Below are positions 23,760 through 36,140 of a stretch of 64,000 nt of DNA, piece after piece. The stretch is taken from assembly GCA_013239625.1 (NCBI GenBank), contig MU053652.1, forward strand, positions 496,001-560,000, given 5' to 3'. Below the pieces are notes generated by a model. That model was not told where the DNA came from, did not search any database, and saw nothing but the letters and a program-made list of their open reading frames with translations. Position numbers and translations under genes: made by a program. Position 1 is the first letter of the stretch. Each line of letters opens with the position of its first letter. This stretch comes from Lama guanicoe (lineage: Eukaryota).

Positions 23760-24430
23760 TAATTGATTAAATAGGTACATATTTATTAAGCAGATATTAT
23801 CTCTGGGCCAAATACTAGGCTAACTGTAGGAGAGAAAATGCCAGGAGACAAGTTTCCTGCCCTCCAGCGACCTTAGATATTAGTAGGAGGAGACACACAA
23901 GCTCACAAATAAGGACAATGAAGTGTCACTGGCACTGCTGTTCTGGGCACCTGTATATTGTACAGCAGAGGCACAGAGGAGGAAAGAGTTAGTTGGATTG
24001 GGGTGAAAGGGGTGGAGGGAGTTCTGAGAAAGAGGAAGCTACAACTGAACTGAATTCTGAAAGACACTTCTTTTTAATTAAAATTATTTTTTCTCTTTAT
24101 TTGTATTTTCTAAATTTACTTTGGTGGGGGAGGCAATTAGGTTTATTTATTTATTTTAATGGAGGTACTGGGGATTGAACCCAGGACCTTGCGCTTGCTA
24201 AGCAGACACGCTACCACTGAGCTATACCCTCCCCTGAAACCTGAAAGACAAATAGCAACTTGTAGATTGACGGAGAGGGAGGAAAAAGCACTTCAGGTAG
24301 AGGCAGCAGCATGAACATGAAATAGCGTGGGATTTGGGGAACTGCAAGTGGCTCTTCATGGCTGGGGAGAACGGAGTGCACAAGTGTGTCAGGAGGGCAG
24401 GCTGAGAGAGGCAGTCAGGAGCTACATCCT
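23760..24430 (-). mobile_element. L2 fragment (host of the SINE at 24067-24234)
   Basis: acatatttattaagcag...cctgccctccagcgaccttaga...aagcacttcaggtagaggcagcagcatgaaca, antisense L2 motifs. Confidence 0.65.
24067..24234 (-). mobile_element. tRNA-derived SINE (Vic-1-like), long-tail form, with 16-bp TSD
   Basis: ggggagggtatagctcagtggtagcgtgtctgcttagc...ggttcaatccccagtacctccatt...aaacctaattgcctccccc. TSD tgaattctgaaagaca (24051-24066) / tgaaacctgaaagaca (24235-24250). Confidence 0.9.
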
Positions 24431-25789
24431 CGAGCTACAACCTAGTCCTTAAATATTTTGAATATCTCTTTTCTCCCCTTCTCCAGCAAGAAAATACAAC
24501 AAATTAATCCAATCTGATGTCACTAGTTATTAGATGATCCACTCCAAGTGCTGGAAGATCATTTCAAAAGGTTCCATTCCATCATTCAGAAAAGGCAAAT
24601 ATATAGCCAACAGGGAAATACATCTGAGCTCTGGAAGTCTAAAGAGTTAGGGAGAATCTGTAAGTAGGCTTAAAAAAAAAGAAAATATGAGGTCAAATTT
24701 TGGGCAATCAGTAAAACTATATTCCTTTAAAATTCACAAAAGTGATTATACAATTTATCTGCTAATTAAAAACTTGGAAAATATATATGACATAAATTAC
24801 TAATAATTTTTAAAACATTTTGGGTAGAGGATCATTTGCAGTTGAATGAAATCTGCGTCTAACATATCTTACAAGCACAGCTGGCTTTTTATGAGGTTTA
24901 TTTAGGGGTTTGTGATTTCATATTCAGAACAAAACAAAAGAGCAGGGAAGGGGAAAGAGTTGTGTTTAATTAGATTGTAAGTTCCCAGGGGACATCTTTG
25001 TTTTCCTAGCTAATACCAGGTAATAAAGAAGTATTTGTTGATTTATATACTTCAGATCAATCTAACTCTAAGGCCAGGTTATCAATTCCCCTTCATATAT
25101 AATAGAACCCAGAGAGTGGAAATAGATCAGCGAATAGGTGAGCACTAGCACTTGCGAGAAATATCGCCAACGCCCCCTCACCCCTACACACCACATACAT
25201 ACTTCAAAAGCACTTAAGGTTACTGTTCTGCAAACCACATCGTGCTACATGTTAGGCGGGACACAGAAGTATAATAGGAACAAAATTAGCAGCTATACTT
25301 CTTCATTTCTGCCAAGCAGTGTTCTTGGTATCAAGCATGGTCTCTTTTTTCCAAGGGTGATGATAATCAAGTTGGGATAATGTCATTTATAACAAGAAAC
25401 AAGTACCATTACAAGAGATGAAAGTAAGTACAAAAGACAACACAGAGGAATAGGAGTTGGAGAGCCTCAACTGGGATCTGGAGGATGGGCCAAGTTTGGA
25501 TACATGGGAGGGCAGAGGCAAGGTATTTCAGGCTAGAGAAAAGGGGCTGGCAAAGGCTGGGAAGAAGGAGTGAGCTGGTCTCATATTACAAAGACAAGAC
25601 ATTTGTGGCTGGAGGAGGAAAGGGTTGACTGGACAGGGGGAGCCAGCTTGTAGAAGGTCTGGATGACAGACTGAGGGCTTTCTCCTGCAGATGGAGAGAA
25701 GCAGGGCAGTTTGTTAGGTGCTGGGGCTCAGAATCCTAACTCTAGAGCTGAAAGTAACTTGCTGTCCACAGTCTAATTCTCTTAAGCCA

Positions 25790-26200
25790 CATAATACTTA
25801 GGGTCCCAGATGGAATCCTAGTTTGGACAAACTAGTAGTGAAGAACATTTTTGTGACATTTGGGAAATTTCAAAATGGACTAAATATTTTATGATATGAA
25901 GAGCTTACTGTTAATGTTGGTAAAAGTGATAGTTATTTAGATAATGAGGAAAATGCTCTTGCTCTATAGAGAAGTAATACTAAGTGTTTTGGTATAAAAT
26001 AGCTTGAAGTCTTGATTTAAACAACCAGAAAGCCAGATGAACTATACGAAGCAACAGTTTTCAGACACTGGAGAAGGAAAATAAATGAAGTGAGCCCTGT
26101 GGATGCCCCAGTTGGAGTTTCCAGGCCATAATGCAGGAAGGCAGTTCCCAAACAGAACCTGGGAGTCTCGGTGAGCTGAAAAGACAAAACTTGGAGTTTT
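25790..26200 (+). mobile_element. Old L1 fragments (L1MC-like 3' end plus an adjacent 5'-type fragment)
   Basis: gatggaatcctag...gtgacatttgggaaattt...atggactaaatattttatgatatgaagagcttactgttaat, an L1MC-type motif. Confidence 0.5.
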
Positions 26201-29200
26201 AGAAATCTTTTGTTACTTCCAGTAACAGCACAGAAGTAGAAAGGTTGTATTAGTTGATCTTCTTAGGCAGTCCCCAGTGCCCATGCAGCAAGTTAAGGTG
26301 AATGAGGACTGACTATGGAAGGTTACTGTGACCTTCAGATGACAGTTTCAGTACTGTGACTAGTGAGACCAGAACCAGGTTTACAGGAAGCTGAGAAGGG
26401 AGTTAAGACACTCATTTGAGACATGTGTTGGTGAAAAGAAGGTGCGCGGTAACCCAGCACGTAGACAGGATGGAGTCAGGACAGGCAGTAAAGACTGGAC
26501 CCTCCTGGTCACTAGGCTCTTCTTTATCTGGGGGCACAGGTCACCCCAACGCCAGCAGCCCAGACACTCTTCAGGGACAGCTGTAAGCCAGCAAGGGCTC
26601 TCATCTCTTCATACTGTCCTGATATCCTGGCCTCTTAAATGACCCAGAGCTGTTACTTAAGACAAAGGATGGACTCATAAGGACATAAGACTGCCATACA
26701 GGCTCAGGTTAATAATTCAAACTGTTTCTTTCTGAAATTATATTTTCACATAACTTTTTATGTCCTGCCAACAACATCACCATCGCATTTTCTAACACCC
26801 TCCTTCCTGAGAACTCAAGAGTACTTCGTAAATATCTCAATCGATATTCCAACAGATTGTGAGAAAGTAGAACAGTCATCATCATCCCTTTTTTTTTAGC
26901 AAGTCTAACACTTAAAACAGTTTCAAGGAACAAGTATAACAGTTAGAAAGAGGTTTTAAAAGAACGTTACAACACCAAGCTGCCACCAAAGGTGGCCCTA
27001 AATGTTTGCATTTCTTTGTATTTCTCAAACTCTCATTCTACTCGAACCAGTTTCTGTCAAGCCGCACAGCATCTGTATTCACAGAAGCCCCTCTCTTGAT
27101 GTAGCAGTATTATTCAAGCGCTTTTTGTGATTATTCTGTCCTTTTAAAGATTACATGTCCTCAGCCACTCCGGGTAGTGCCAACAAACAACCCACCCCGG
27201 AAATTCACAGAGCAGAACCTTGACAATTTCTTTTTCCTAGCAAAGGCGAGCTCTCTTCAGCAGGAGGTGCCAATGACCCACGATGGGGCACCAATTCATC
27301 AGGGAAGAGCTACAAATATATAAATCAACATGTCAGAGGAGGAAGCCCGGCTAGGCCTAGTGGGAGATGCGTAACTACGCACACATTTGTTCCACTCTGC
27401 GCAGGCTCACCTGTCTTTGGTGGCTGCCACCACATAATAATCAATTATGCTGACAAGTTTGGCTACAAGTTGTTTCAGCCTCAGTTACTCGTGCACCTCA
27501 GAGGTGAGAGCTGGAGCCCTCTGAGGGGAAGGAGCAGGGAGCTTGGCTTCTAGGAAAACAGGACATATGGAATTGTTTGGGGGAGAGAGGGTGCGAGGGA
27601 GTGTGGAAGCGTGCACATGGAAAGGAAAATTTGTTCCAGGGTAGAGCTCCAAGTCAGTCATGACTCATCCTAGGAGGGACAATAAAGTATGAGAAGAGCT
27701 AATGAATTTCAAAAAGTAGATCTTGTTTTTGACAAAGTGGGCTGTGATAAATCCGGCATTCTAGCCCATTCTATAAAGTCAGCTGTTCTACATGAGCTTT
27801 GCACTGCTAGGCAAAATTCAAATCATGAGCCATCAGGAGACCTGGGTTCCAAACGTGGTTTTAACACTGCCTGCTCTTGGGATCCTGAACAAGTTACTCT
27901 CCCTTTTGTCATGCGCAAGTGGTGTGATATTCTTCATGGCCCATGGTGACATCTCCAGCCTGCCCACCACAAAATCAATTTGAGCTCTACCTCATCTTCC
28001 CAAGTTTAGGAGATGAGTCATTAGCACTTACCCTGGATTTTAGTTATCAAAGCACATTTTTGTGAAGAGAGAGGCCTATATGAGATGAGAAAGTACCACC
28101 ATGCATTTGATTAAACTCAACCCAGTGGCATCCCGCCAGTTTGCATGAAAGGAATGGTAACAGAACCACCCACACACCGCCCAGGGAAGCTGCTTTCCTC
28201 CTGAGTCCAAGAACAGTTAGTGGTTAAAAATCAGAATATCGAAGCTTTGATGTATTTCTTTCTAAGACAATCTCTTCACACAGGAAACACCCACGCCACT
28301 GGGAAATATATGGCCAACAGCGACGTGTACCATAATTTCTAGACTTCAGGATTTCACTAACCAGCAAAAATAAATGGATCAACAGAGATCCAACTTTTTA
28401 TGTTACTAAGTTATGGTGCTTAAAACAAAACAAAACAAAAACAGATCACCTACAATATCACTGTTTCTACATTAGTATGATAAAATTATGAATATTTTAA
28501 CACCAAAAAATAGGAAGAAAGTAGTATCAGAAAAAAAGGACAGTTCTTCCCCCAAAAGTAAACTTGAAAATCCCCCCACCCTTTCCTTTTCTCTCTCTCT
28601 CAAACCCACCCAAACACGTCCCCCACACAGCTCCCCTCTCCCTTGCTACACTGACCTCACTTTATTCATTTTCTATGGATTCCATTTTGGATTGGTTGGC
28701 CCGGTTGGTGGACTGGCCTTTGGGGACCACAGATCTAGGAGGGCGGTGTTAGGTCTCATTAAAGGACTACATGTTTTACAGATCATTACGCCTAATGAGA
28801 CATAGATGCCAAAGGACAATGTTCAGCTGTTGTGACTGTTTTCAACCTTGGGGTGGGGTGGGGGTGGGCAGTCATCATTCCATCAAACCAGGGCTTTGTA
28901 TGTATTCTGGAGTCTCTTTTCAGATTAAAGAGAACAGAGACAGACTCACATGTTTTAAAAAGTAGGAGAAATTAAGTACGCAGAAATTCAGCAGTCATGA
29001 TTTTATCTTTGGGTTGTAAGTATAACATTTTTTAAAACACAAAATTAGTACAAAACTCCAAAGTACTAAATGGAATAATAAAACTGTTCAACAGCCTCTT
29101 AGTGTGGGTAACTGAAGAGGCACTTTAAGAGCACGTGGATATAATTTGGAAAGAAAACTCTAATGATTCATAAAATTACCACCATTCCCATGTAACTGAA

Positions 29201-29969
29201 AACAATAGAGCCTACTGCAAAATACAGGCAGAGCATTCAAATCATTTTAATGGTTTCTCATTTTTTTCTCTTAAACTCTCCGTTCCTTTTATCACTAAGA
29301 TTTTCTTTTTTTTTTTTAATGAAAAGTGGAAAGTCCCTGCTGCCCATTTTCTTCTTTTATTGTTTCCCTTTTGTTCTAAAAATGAGGGTAAAATTAAGTG
29401 CTTAGATCACTAGAGATTTCCAGATGGTCAGACAAATGAGTACTGGGCTCCTGGGCTGGCGTGTTTCAGAGATATGGACGCACATCTCTTACTTGGTCTC
29501 CACGGCTCTCGTTCAATACAAATTTGATTTAGCTAAGCACTTTCAGTATGTGACAACCAAATTTCTACACTGAAGGAGGGGCAAAACTGGTTTCACTGCT
29601 TAAATTAAAATGGGAAGTTTCTATGCATTATAAAGTATCCCTTTATTTTCTTGGTGTGTGTATCTAAAATAAAATATAAAACATTTATATTTATATATTT
29701 TAATGTGTGTAGATTATTCTGAAACATGACAATTTTTCTTCTTATTTGTCTCCCTTCCTGATTGTCACTTTTTCTCCAGGTTATTTTATTAACGTTATTC
29801 CTAGTTCCCTGGAGCTGTGTTATAACCTCAGGCCATTATTCGTCTTCTTTTATTCTCCTGTGCTCCTCTGGCGTTTCCGTTTTCTGTCAGAAACTCTCGA
29901 CCACACAGTAAGCCTGTGGGCAAGGGCTGGGTAACAACGGAAGCTGTTTACTTTATTAAATAAATACAC

Positions 29970-30195
29970 ATATATTGCTTGGGATATGCCAGGCATTATT
30001 CAAGGTGCTTTTAAAGCGATTCACTCATATAATCCCCGTAATAATTCAACGAGGTGGACACTACCATTATCTCCACTTGACAGCTGATGACCTGAGGCAC
30101 AGAGCGCTCAGGAACCAGCCCAGTGTAATACAGCTAGTGAATGGTGCAGTCAGATGCGAGGCCAGTCAGTCTGGCACCAGAGCCCTGGCTCTTAC
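29970..30195 (-). mobile_element. MIR SINE
   Basis: tatgccaggcattattcaaggtgctttt...ccattatctccacttgacagctgatgacctgaggcacagag...cagctagtgaatggtgcag. Confidence 0.75.
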
Positions 30196-30474
30196 GCAGA
30201 GCAAGGAGCAGGAAGGAGAAAGGGAGGGGAGGTGGAAAGTAGAGGGCGAAAGAGAGAAATTAACGAGGGACTCACTGGGGATGAGGAGGATGGGGGGAAG
30301 GGCAGCCGAGGAGTAGCCATGGAGTCACTGCAGAAATCGGGACTGGGGAGCCAAGGCAGGCGTAACCAGGGGAGTGGAAGAGCTCTGCCATCTTGAAGAT
30401 AAATGGCAGCTGATGCGGTGTAAGACCACCAGTGACTGGAACACTGGCAGCAGCAAAAGAGAACAGTGTGAATG

Positions 30475-30881
30475 CTAATGTGCTGGTAAACAGCTGACAA
30501 CCAGCTCTTCGGGGAGATGCAGGAGTCCCAGTTTTTAAGTTTTGCTGGTTTCTGTTTATAAATACTCCCACCATGGCTGATTTCAAGCTTCCAAAGTGGT
30601 GTCACGGAACTCAGAGTTGGGAAGAGATGCACAGTAACACGTGTGGTAATACAGTGTTTCTGCCGTCATCTATGACGGGTGCAAAAAACCAAGGACAGAG
30701 ATAGGAAGAAAATGCAAAATCATCAAGAAGTGATGAGTTTGAGGATTTATTATCTTTGCTTTTAATATTATGGAACTCACTTTTTAATAACGGCTGTATG
30801 TAAAAACCGATGCACAAAATTTCTGAAAATTTAACAGCCAGCTCTAGGGAGCTTATGGGAGCCAGCTCCCGTACATCATGG
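30475..30881 (-). mobile_element. MER63-family hAT-Blackjack element
   Basis: tgtgctggtaaa...ccaccatggctgatttcaagct...gagttgggaagagatgcacagt...aaaatttaacagccagctctagggagc...gagccagctcc. Confidence 0.75.
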
Positions 30882-32649
30882 AGTATGACTATCCAAATAC
30901 ATCTATTCTCAAGTAAGTGGGTGCACAGTGGTCTGGAGACTTGACCTTCACAATGTCCCAAACTGGCCACACCAGGAAATAAAGGCAGGAAGAAGGAAAC
31001 AAACGAAAGTGAAAGGAGTTTATGAAAAAACGAACATCCACGCTAATCTGATGGAGAAAGAGGCCAGGTGTGAAAAAGGGAGTCTGAGAGGCTGAGCCTT
31101 ATATTCTCTTACGTGCTCAAGGTCAAGGGCACCAAACAAAAGAATTCTGTGGACACTTGCCACCCATCCTCACGCCCTCTAGGCGAGGTCTCGCATCTTC
31201 AGTCTCTGTTCTACTAGACTATTTATGAGAAACAGAGGTCAAGGAGGAGTAGAGCACATTTCATGAAATAATAGGCTTTGGGCAAGCAAGAAGGATAAAC
31301 TGTATAAAATGAAGATTCAGGAGCATAAGGAATACCACATAAATCTAAAAACGTCGCTGAGAAAAAATCTGCACGTAAAGCTCTGATACAGGAAAAGAAG
31401 TCAAACATCATAGGAAACTAGCACTCTTTGGAGAAAGCCAGTCTGTTTCACTCGCAAAGATTTCCCCAGTCAAGCACAGACTATAGGACAATCATATTCA
31501 GCAAGTATTTTTTTTTTTCACTAAGTGAATTTCCATCATATCTGCTCCGTGAGGTAACTTCTTTGAAATTCTTGTCACTTGAATACAAAGTGATGCTTGT
31601 ATGTGTGAGAACTGTTTTTATGGAAAACTTTCTGCCTTGTTCTTTGCTGCTCAAGATTCTAGCAATATTTGAAAATTTATGAGCTTACAAAGGAATGCAC
31701 ATTTAAAATTTCTGACCTCCAGCTCTTCAGATAACCTTATGAGGTACAGTACAATACAGAATTTTCTGTATAAAGCACTTATCAAATGCTTGTCGAATTG
31801 GAAGATTAGTTAGTGCACAATCCATCTCATTACTCCAAACTGCCAAATAATGGGCTGTATTGCTAACTGACACCTGAACATATAATTATAACTGGCAACC
31901 CTACATAGCAGAGCACCTTAGGTCAAAAAATCAGCTAGCTTCCAGATCCCAAGTGGCAAACTGGGGATTGAATTGGAAGCGAGTTAACACAGTTCTCACT
32001 TTGATAATTGCTGAGAGGAAGCACAGCTACAAGCCCCAGGCTGGCTTTGGTAAAGCCAATACTGAGTTTAAGGCCCTTTCAGTTGGATTGAGTACTGTGT
32101 TTTTACCTCCCCCGGTGACCCTTACTCAAGGGAGAAGGATTTCCCACCATAAAATTCTAGTTTAGAGAAAGGATTCTACCTTCCTGCTAGAGTTAATGTG
32201 GTGCAGCCTGGATAGAGAAGAAGAGAATAACTAAGTTTAATGAAGAAACTTTATCAACTTCTTTTTCTGGAACAATCATTCAGTGAATACGGTCAAGCAT
32301 CTACCACAGGGAACACCATGCCAAGGAGCCAGGAACACAGAAGAGGAGGCGGGGGGTGGACTAACCTTTATTAAATGCCTCCTGTGTGCTGGGGACTAGG
32401 CTAAGCAGGGCCACACGCTTCATTTCATTTAGTCTTCACAGACCTCATATCACAGAAAAAAGAACTTCAGAAAGGTGAAGTTCCTTGCCAAAGACAACAA
32501 CAGCTCTGCGGGGCCCAGAGCTGCCCGCAGACTGGTCCTGTTCCGAAGCCCATGTTTTTTCCATTCTAGAATATGGCAGCATACATCATGAATCCTCAGG
32601 AAGGCCTTGGCATGAGGGAGACTGCAATCTAGTTTTAAATTCCTTTGTA

Positions 32650-32781
32650 TTGTCTTTTCTTTCTTTTTCTTTCTCTTTCTCTCTCTCCCTCTCCCTGTCT
32701 TCTTAATGGAGGTACTGGGGATTGAACCCAGGACTTCGTACATGCTAAGCATGTGTTCTACCACTAAGCTATTCCCACCCC
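32650..32781 (-). mobile_element. tRNA-derived SINE (Vic-1-like) with GA-rich tail
   Basis: ggggtgggaatagcttagtggtagaacacatgcttagcatgtacgaagtcctgggttcaatccccagtacctccattaag followed by a purine-rich tail. Confidence 0.88.
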
Positions 32782-33094
32782 TTGGTTTTAGGGCTTCTTG
32801 AAGAGGATACAAAAGATATATACCCAGAAATTGTGTGACTCATATGAGGGATATACAAGTGGCTTTTCATCACAGCCTGAGATGCTCTGGAAAGCTTTTA
32901 CAGACAAGTTAGAGTCTGAGTTGGGCCTCCAGGGAAGGCAGGTAGAAAAGGTGGACCTTAACAGTATGCAGAGGTAGGAAAGAAGGGGGCTGGGTGTTCT
33001 GTTTTCCTCTAGTTGCCTGATGGGAGAGGCAGAGCAGAGTCTAGAGAGTAAAAGCAGAGGGAACATGGGTAAGAAAGGTGTACTTAGGGGAGAA

Positions 33095-33790
33095 TTTACT
33101 TCTGGGTAAAGACAGCGGATTGAACATGCACATCTATTCTGTCTCCCTCCCAAAATCTCAATGAAATGACAGTAAAGGGATTATTTTTGCCAAGGAGAAG
33201 GGAAACAGGAAGGAGAAAACATAAGGAATCCAAGCTTGGAAGCTGGAAGGCAGATCAGAGAGGTAAATGTCTTAAACAGGCTCAAACTGGAATCTTATGT
33301 CAGCAGTAGAAAAAACTGAGAAGCAACCCAATCTCCAGTGCCAAGTCTGGGCAGCCCCAGGTTCGTCTGGATGAGGGGCACAGGACAGAAGTAGTGGTTA
33401 ATATAAGGAAGAACTGAAAGTCTATTTAAGAAGTCGTCAGATCCGCAATCCCTCCCCTCGCCCTGGGTAAGTGTCTCTCCTCCACTATTGTAAAAATCTG
33501 AAGGCTTATTCCCTGGAAATAGTAAAATAGAGGGTCTGTGGACTCAGAGAGGGGATGAACAATTAAGGATGGGGAAAAAACAGAAGAATTATGTGAATTT
33601 ATGCCAACTGGATGGCAAGAACCCCCAGTTCTCTTCTGTCCTCTTCCCGGATTTGGTTTCCTGGATGCCGGCAGTGAGGCCTTCAATCTCCAGACAACAG
33701 ATCAAAGACCTAAAGATACTGACGTTGGAGGTTTCCCAAACAAATGGCCCTGTCCAAGCTTCACGGTTCTATGACCCCAGCCCAAGGCAG
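33095..33790 (+). mobile_element. Old L1/HAL1-like 5' region fragment
   Basis: acttctgggtaaagacagcggattgaacatgcac...ctcccaaaatctcaatgaaatgacagtaaaggg resembles ancient L1M/HAL1 5' ends. Confidence 0.5.
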
Positions 33791-34639
33791 GAAGTGAGAT
33801 TCGAAGAATAAAGAAAAGCTAAAGAGCTTTTACCCTCTTATATCTGAAGAATTAGAAAGGCTCTCTTTCAACCAAACTCCATCTAGAACTATTATTCAAG
33901 AGAGTTCATAAAGTATTTTAATTTACTAATAAAGAAAAGTTCTTGTTTTTTACTTTCTGTGTTCCTGGCAATTATTTGATTACCAAATTGATGAAATAAG
34001 CTCAAATTCATGCTGGTTTAAATGTGAAGGCCATTAGCACACAGGCTTTAAAGGGCCCTGGGAACCCTACAGTCAGATAACATACAGAGTGCGGTGCACA
34101 AGTTATAATCTGCCTTTAATTAAGTTAATCAATACACATTTCCCCAGGACCTACTGAAAGGACCTGGTCTCTTTTAATATGCACACCCACCTCGGAGGCT
34201 TCTCAAAATTAGTCTTTGGCAGGTTTAAGTAAGTGATTAGAGTTTTCCACTGTTATCCTACGGGCCACACCATGTATCACATTTAAGTGAATGTGGCAGG
34301 ATAATCTTCTGAGAGACTATCTTCTGTTCTAACTGCCACAGGAGACTTGGCAGCGGTGAGGGTGGGGCATTCTAAAGGTATTTTTCTCCTTTTCTGCTCC
34401 CACTTGTAAAGAAAAACCAAGTCTTTGGTTCCCCAGGAAAGGGTTAACAGCTTCCTTCTGCCTCAAGGAATTCCCCCAAAAATCCACCACCCAGGTCTCT
34501 GGGAAAGGGACGTGGAGGCCTCAGAGGCAAGGGTCGGAGGCCCTGAGTGCTTTGGAAGGACTGGGACAGTGGTAGTAAAGATAACAACATCGAACTTCCA
34601 CTGAAGGCTGCCCAGCACAGTAGAAAGTTGACACTAACA

Positions 34640-34830
34640 GGTAAGTTAGAAATTTACAGGTTCATTTACTTAATCCTGTAACCACCCTATGACAAAGGTA
34701 CTGTTATGGCCATTTAATAAAGGAGAAAACTGTGAGACACACAGAGGGAAGAAGATGTACTCAAGGCCACAGAGCTAATAAGTGGCAGAACCAGGACTCA
34801 AACCTGAGCAGTCTGGCTAAGGACCCACTG
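34640..34830 (-). mobile_element. MIR SINE
   Basis: ttaatcctgtaaccaccctatgacaaaggtactgttat...ggagaaaactgtgagacacacagaggg...ctcaaggccacagagctaataagtggcagaaccaggactcaaacc. Confidence 0.75.
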
Positions 34831-35751
34831 ATTTCATCTCTCACAGTGGAGCCCTGGAGTCTGGGGATGCCTGGGCTGAGGGGCTATTGTTCCTGTAAGT
34901 GGTGGAACCTGCTACTATATGCAGTGCCCTGGCAGGCGACAGCACCACTGACCTTGAGAGCCCAGGACAAGGTCCAGTAGCTGAATTTAGTTGGCACAGG
35001 TGGACAGACTGCAGGGCACAGAAGAGCCATATGTTTTCAAATCAACTATAGGAGCTTGCAAATGAGCCACTCAGCAAAGACTAGGATGGACAGCACCCAC
35101 TTCCATAGACATAGCATGCACATTTCTCTCTTCATTACAGAAAGCTGCACCAATTCTTGCAAAGCTCTAAAATTCAAAGCTTCAGAGCACACAAGGGCTC
35201 TTAGGTCTCAAGATGAATCAAAATGAACTCTACTCTGGAACAGAGAAAGAAGATAAATAATTAAGTTGGAAGGTACTCATCAGAGCTGAGACTTAGTGGA
35301 AGAAGAAAGTAGCAATGCCTCAAATGAACCAACCCCCCTGCCCAGGCTGCAGGCCCCCATACCTTCTCATCAGAGATGGTACCAGCACGGCTGTTCTAGT
35401 TGGCAGCACCTCTTGCCTACTTCACCCATCTTCTACAGCTGCACTGAGCCATACACCCCAGCCACCTGTTCCCAATACCTGAAATGTCCATCTCTTCTTT
35501 CTCTGCTTGGTACTCTCCTAACCCAAACTGCCAAGTTCAAATGTGAGCCTTCTCTGCAAAGCCTCTTCTGACTTTTTCTGAATTGGTCATTCATTCCTCT
35601 GTGCTCCCACAGTGCTCTGGGCAAATCATGACTCTAGAATTACTTGTATGCCTGTCTCCCAACCATTTCAATGAAACTAGACCCTGAGTGACATGAGGCT
35701 CTGCATATACTGTGTGGCTAGTCAGTTTCTGGCACTCACCAAGTAAATGCC

Positions 35752-35935
35752 CGAGAGAGGCAGTAGAGTTAGAAGCGAGAGTTACAAAGACTGGGATTTG
35801 TAGTGGCCAGTGGCTTGTTCTGTGACCTCAAGAAGTCTCTCAGTTTCTCTCAACCTCATCGTTGTTGCAAAGATTAAACGAGATCTTATCTATGAAAAGC
35901 ATTGCTCAATTGTCCCTTCTTCATAAATGTTAGTA
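35752..35935 (+). mobile_element. MIR SINE
   Basis: tgtgacctcaagaagtctctcagtttctctcaacctc...tgttgcaaagattaaacgagat...atgaaaagca. Confidence 0.6.
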
Positions 35936-36004
35936 TAATGAACATAAGCTTCCTGAGAAAATATTGAGAAATTAATATATTCTTTATTAAGAAAATATGT
36001 ATTG

Positions 36005-36140
36005 AGGGGGAGGATATACCTCCATGGTAGAGTGTGTGCCTAGCATTGACAAGGTCCTGGGTTCCATCCCCAGTGCAGCCATTAAAAAAAATTAATAAAA
36101 AATACATAAACCTGATTACCTCCTCCCACCAAAAAAAAAG
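36005..36140 (+). mobile_element. tRNA-derived SINE (Vic-1-like), long-tail form, with 14-bp TSD
   Basis: gggggaggatatacctccatggtagagtgtgtgcctagc...ggttccatccccagtgc...aaacctgattacctcctccc plus poly-A. TSD aagaaaatatgtat (35989-36002) / aagaaaatatgcat (36141-36154). Confidence 0.9.

Noticed and set aside
24160..24234. tRNA gene (also at about 1182-1252, 32706-32781 and 36005-36080)
   Set aside because: A and B boxes are present, but the copies are mutually diverged and have tails and TSDs, so they are tRNA-derived SINEs rather than tRNAs.
26980..26998. GCCACC-aaa-GGTGGC as a CTCF site or hairpin
   Set aside because: The spacing does not fit the CTCF core, and a 6-bp stem is expected by chance.
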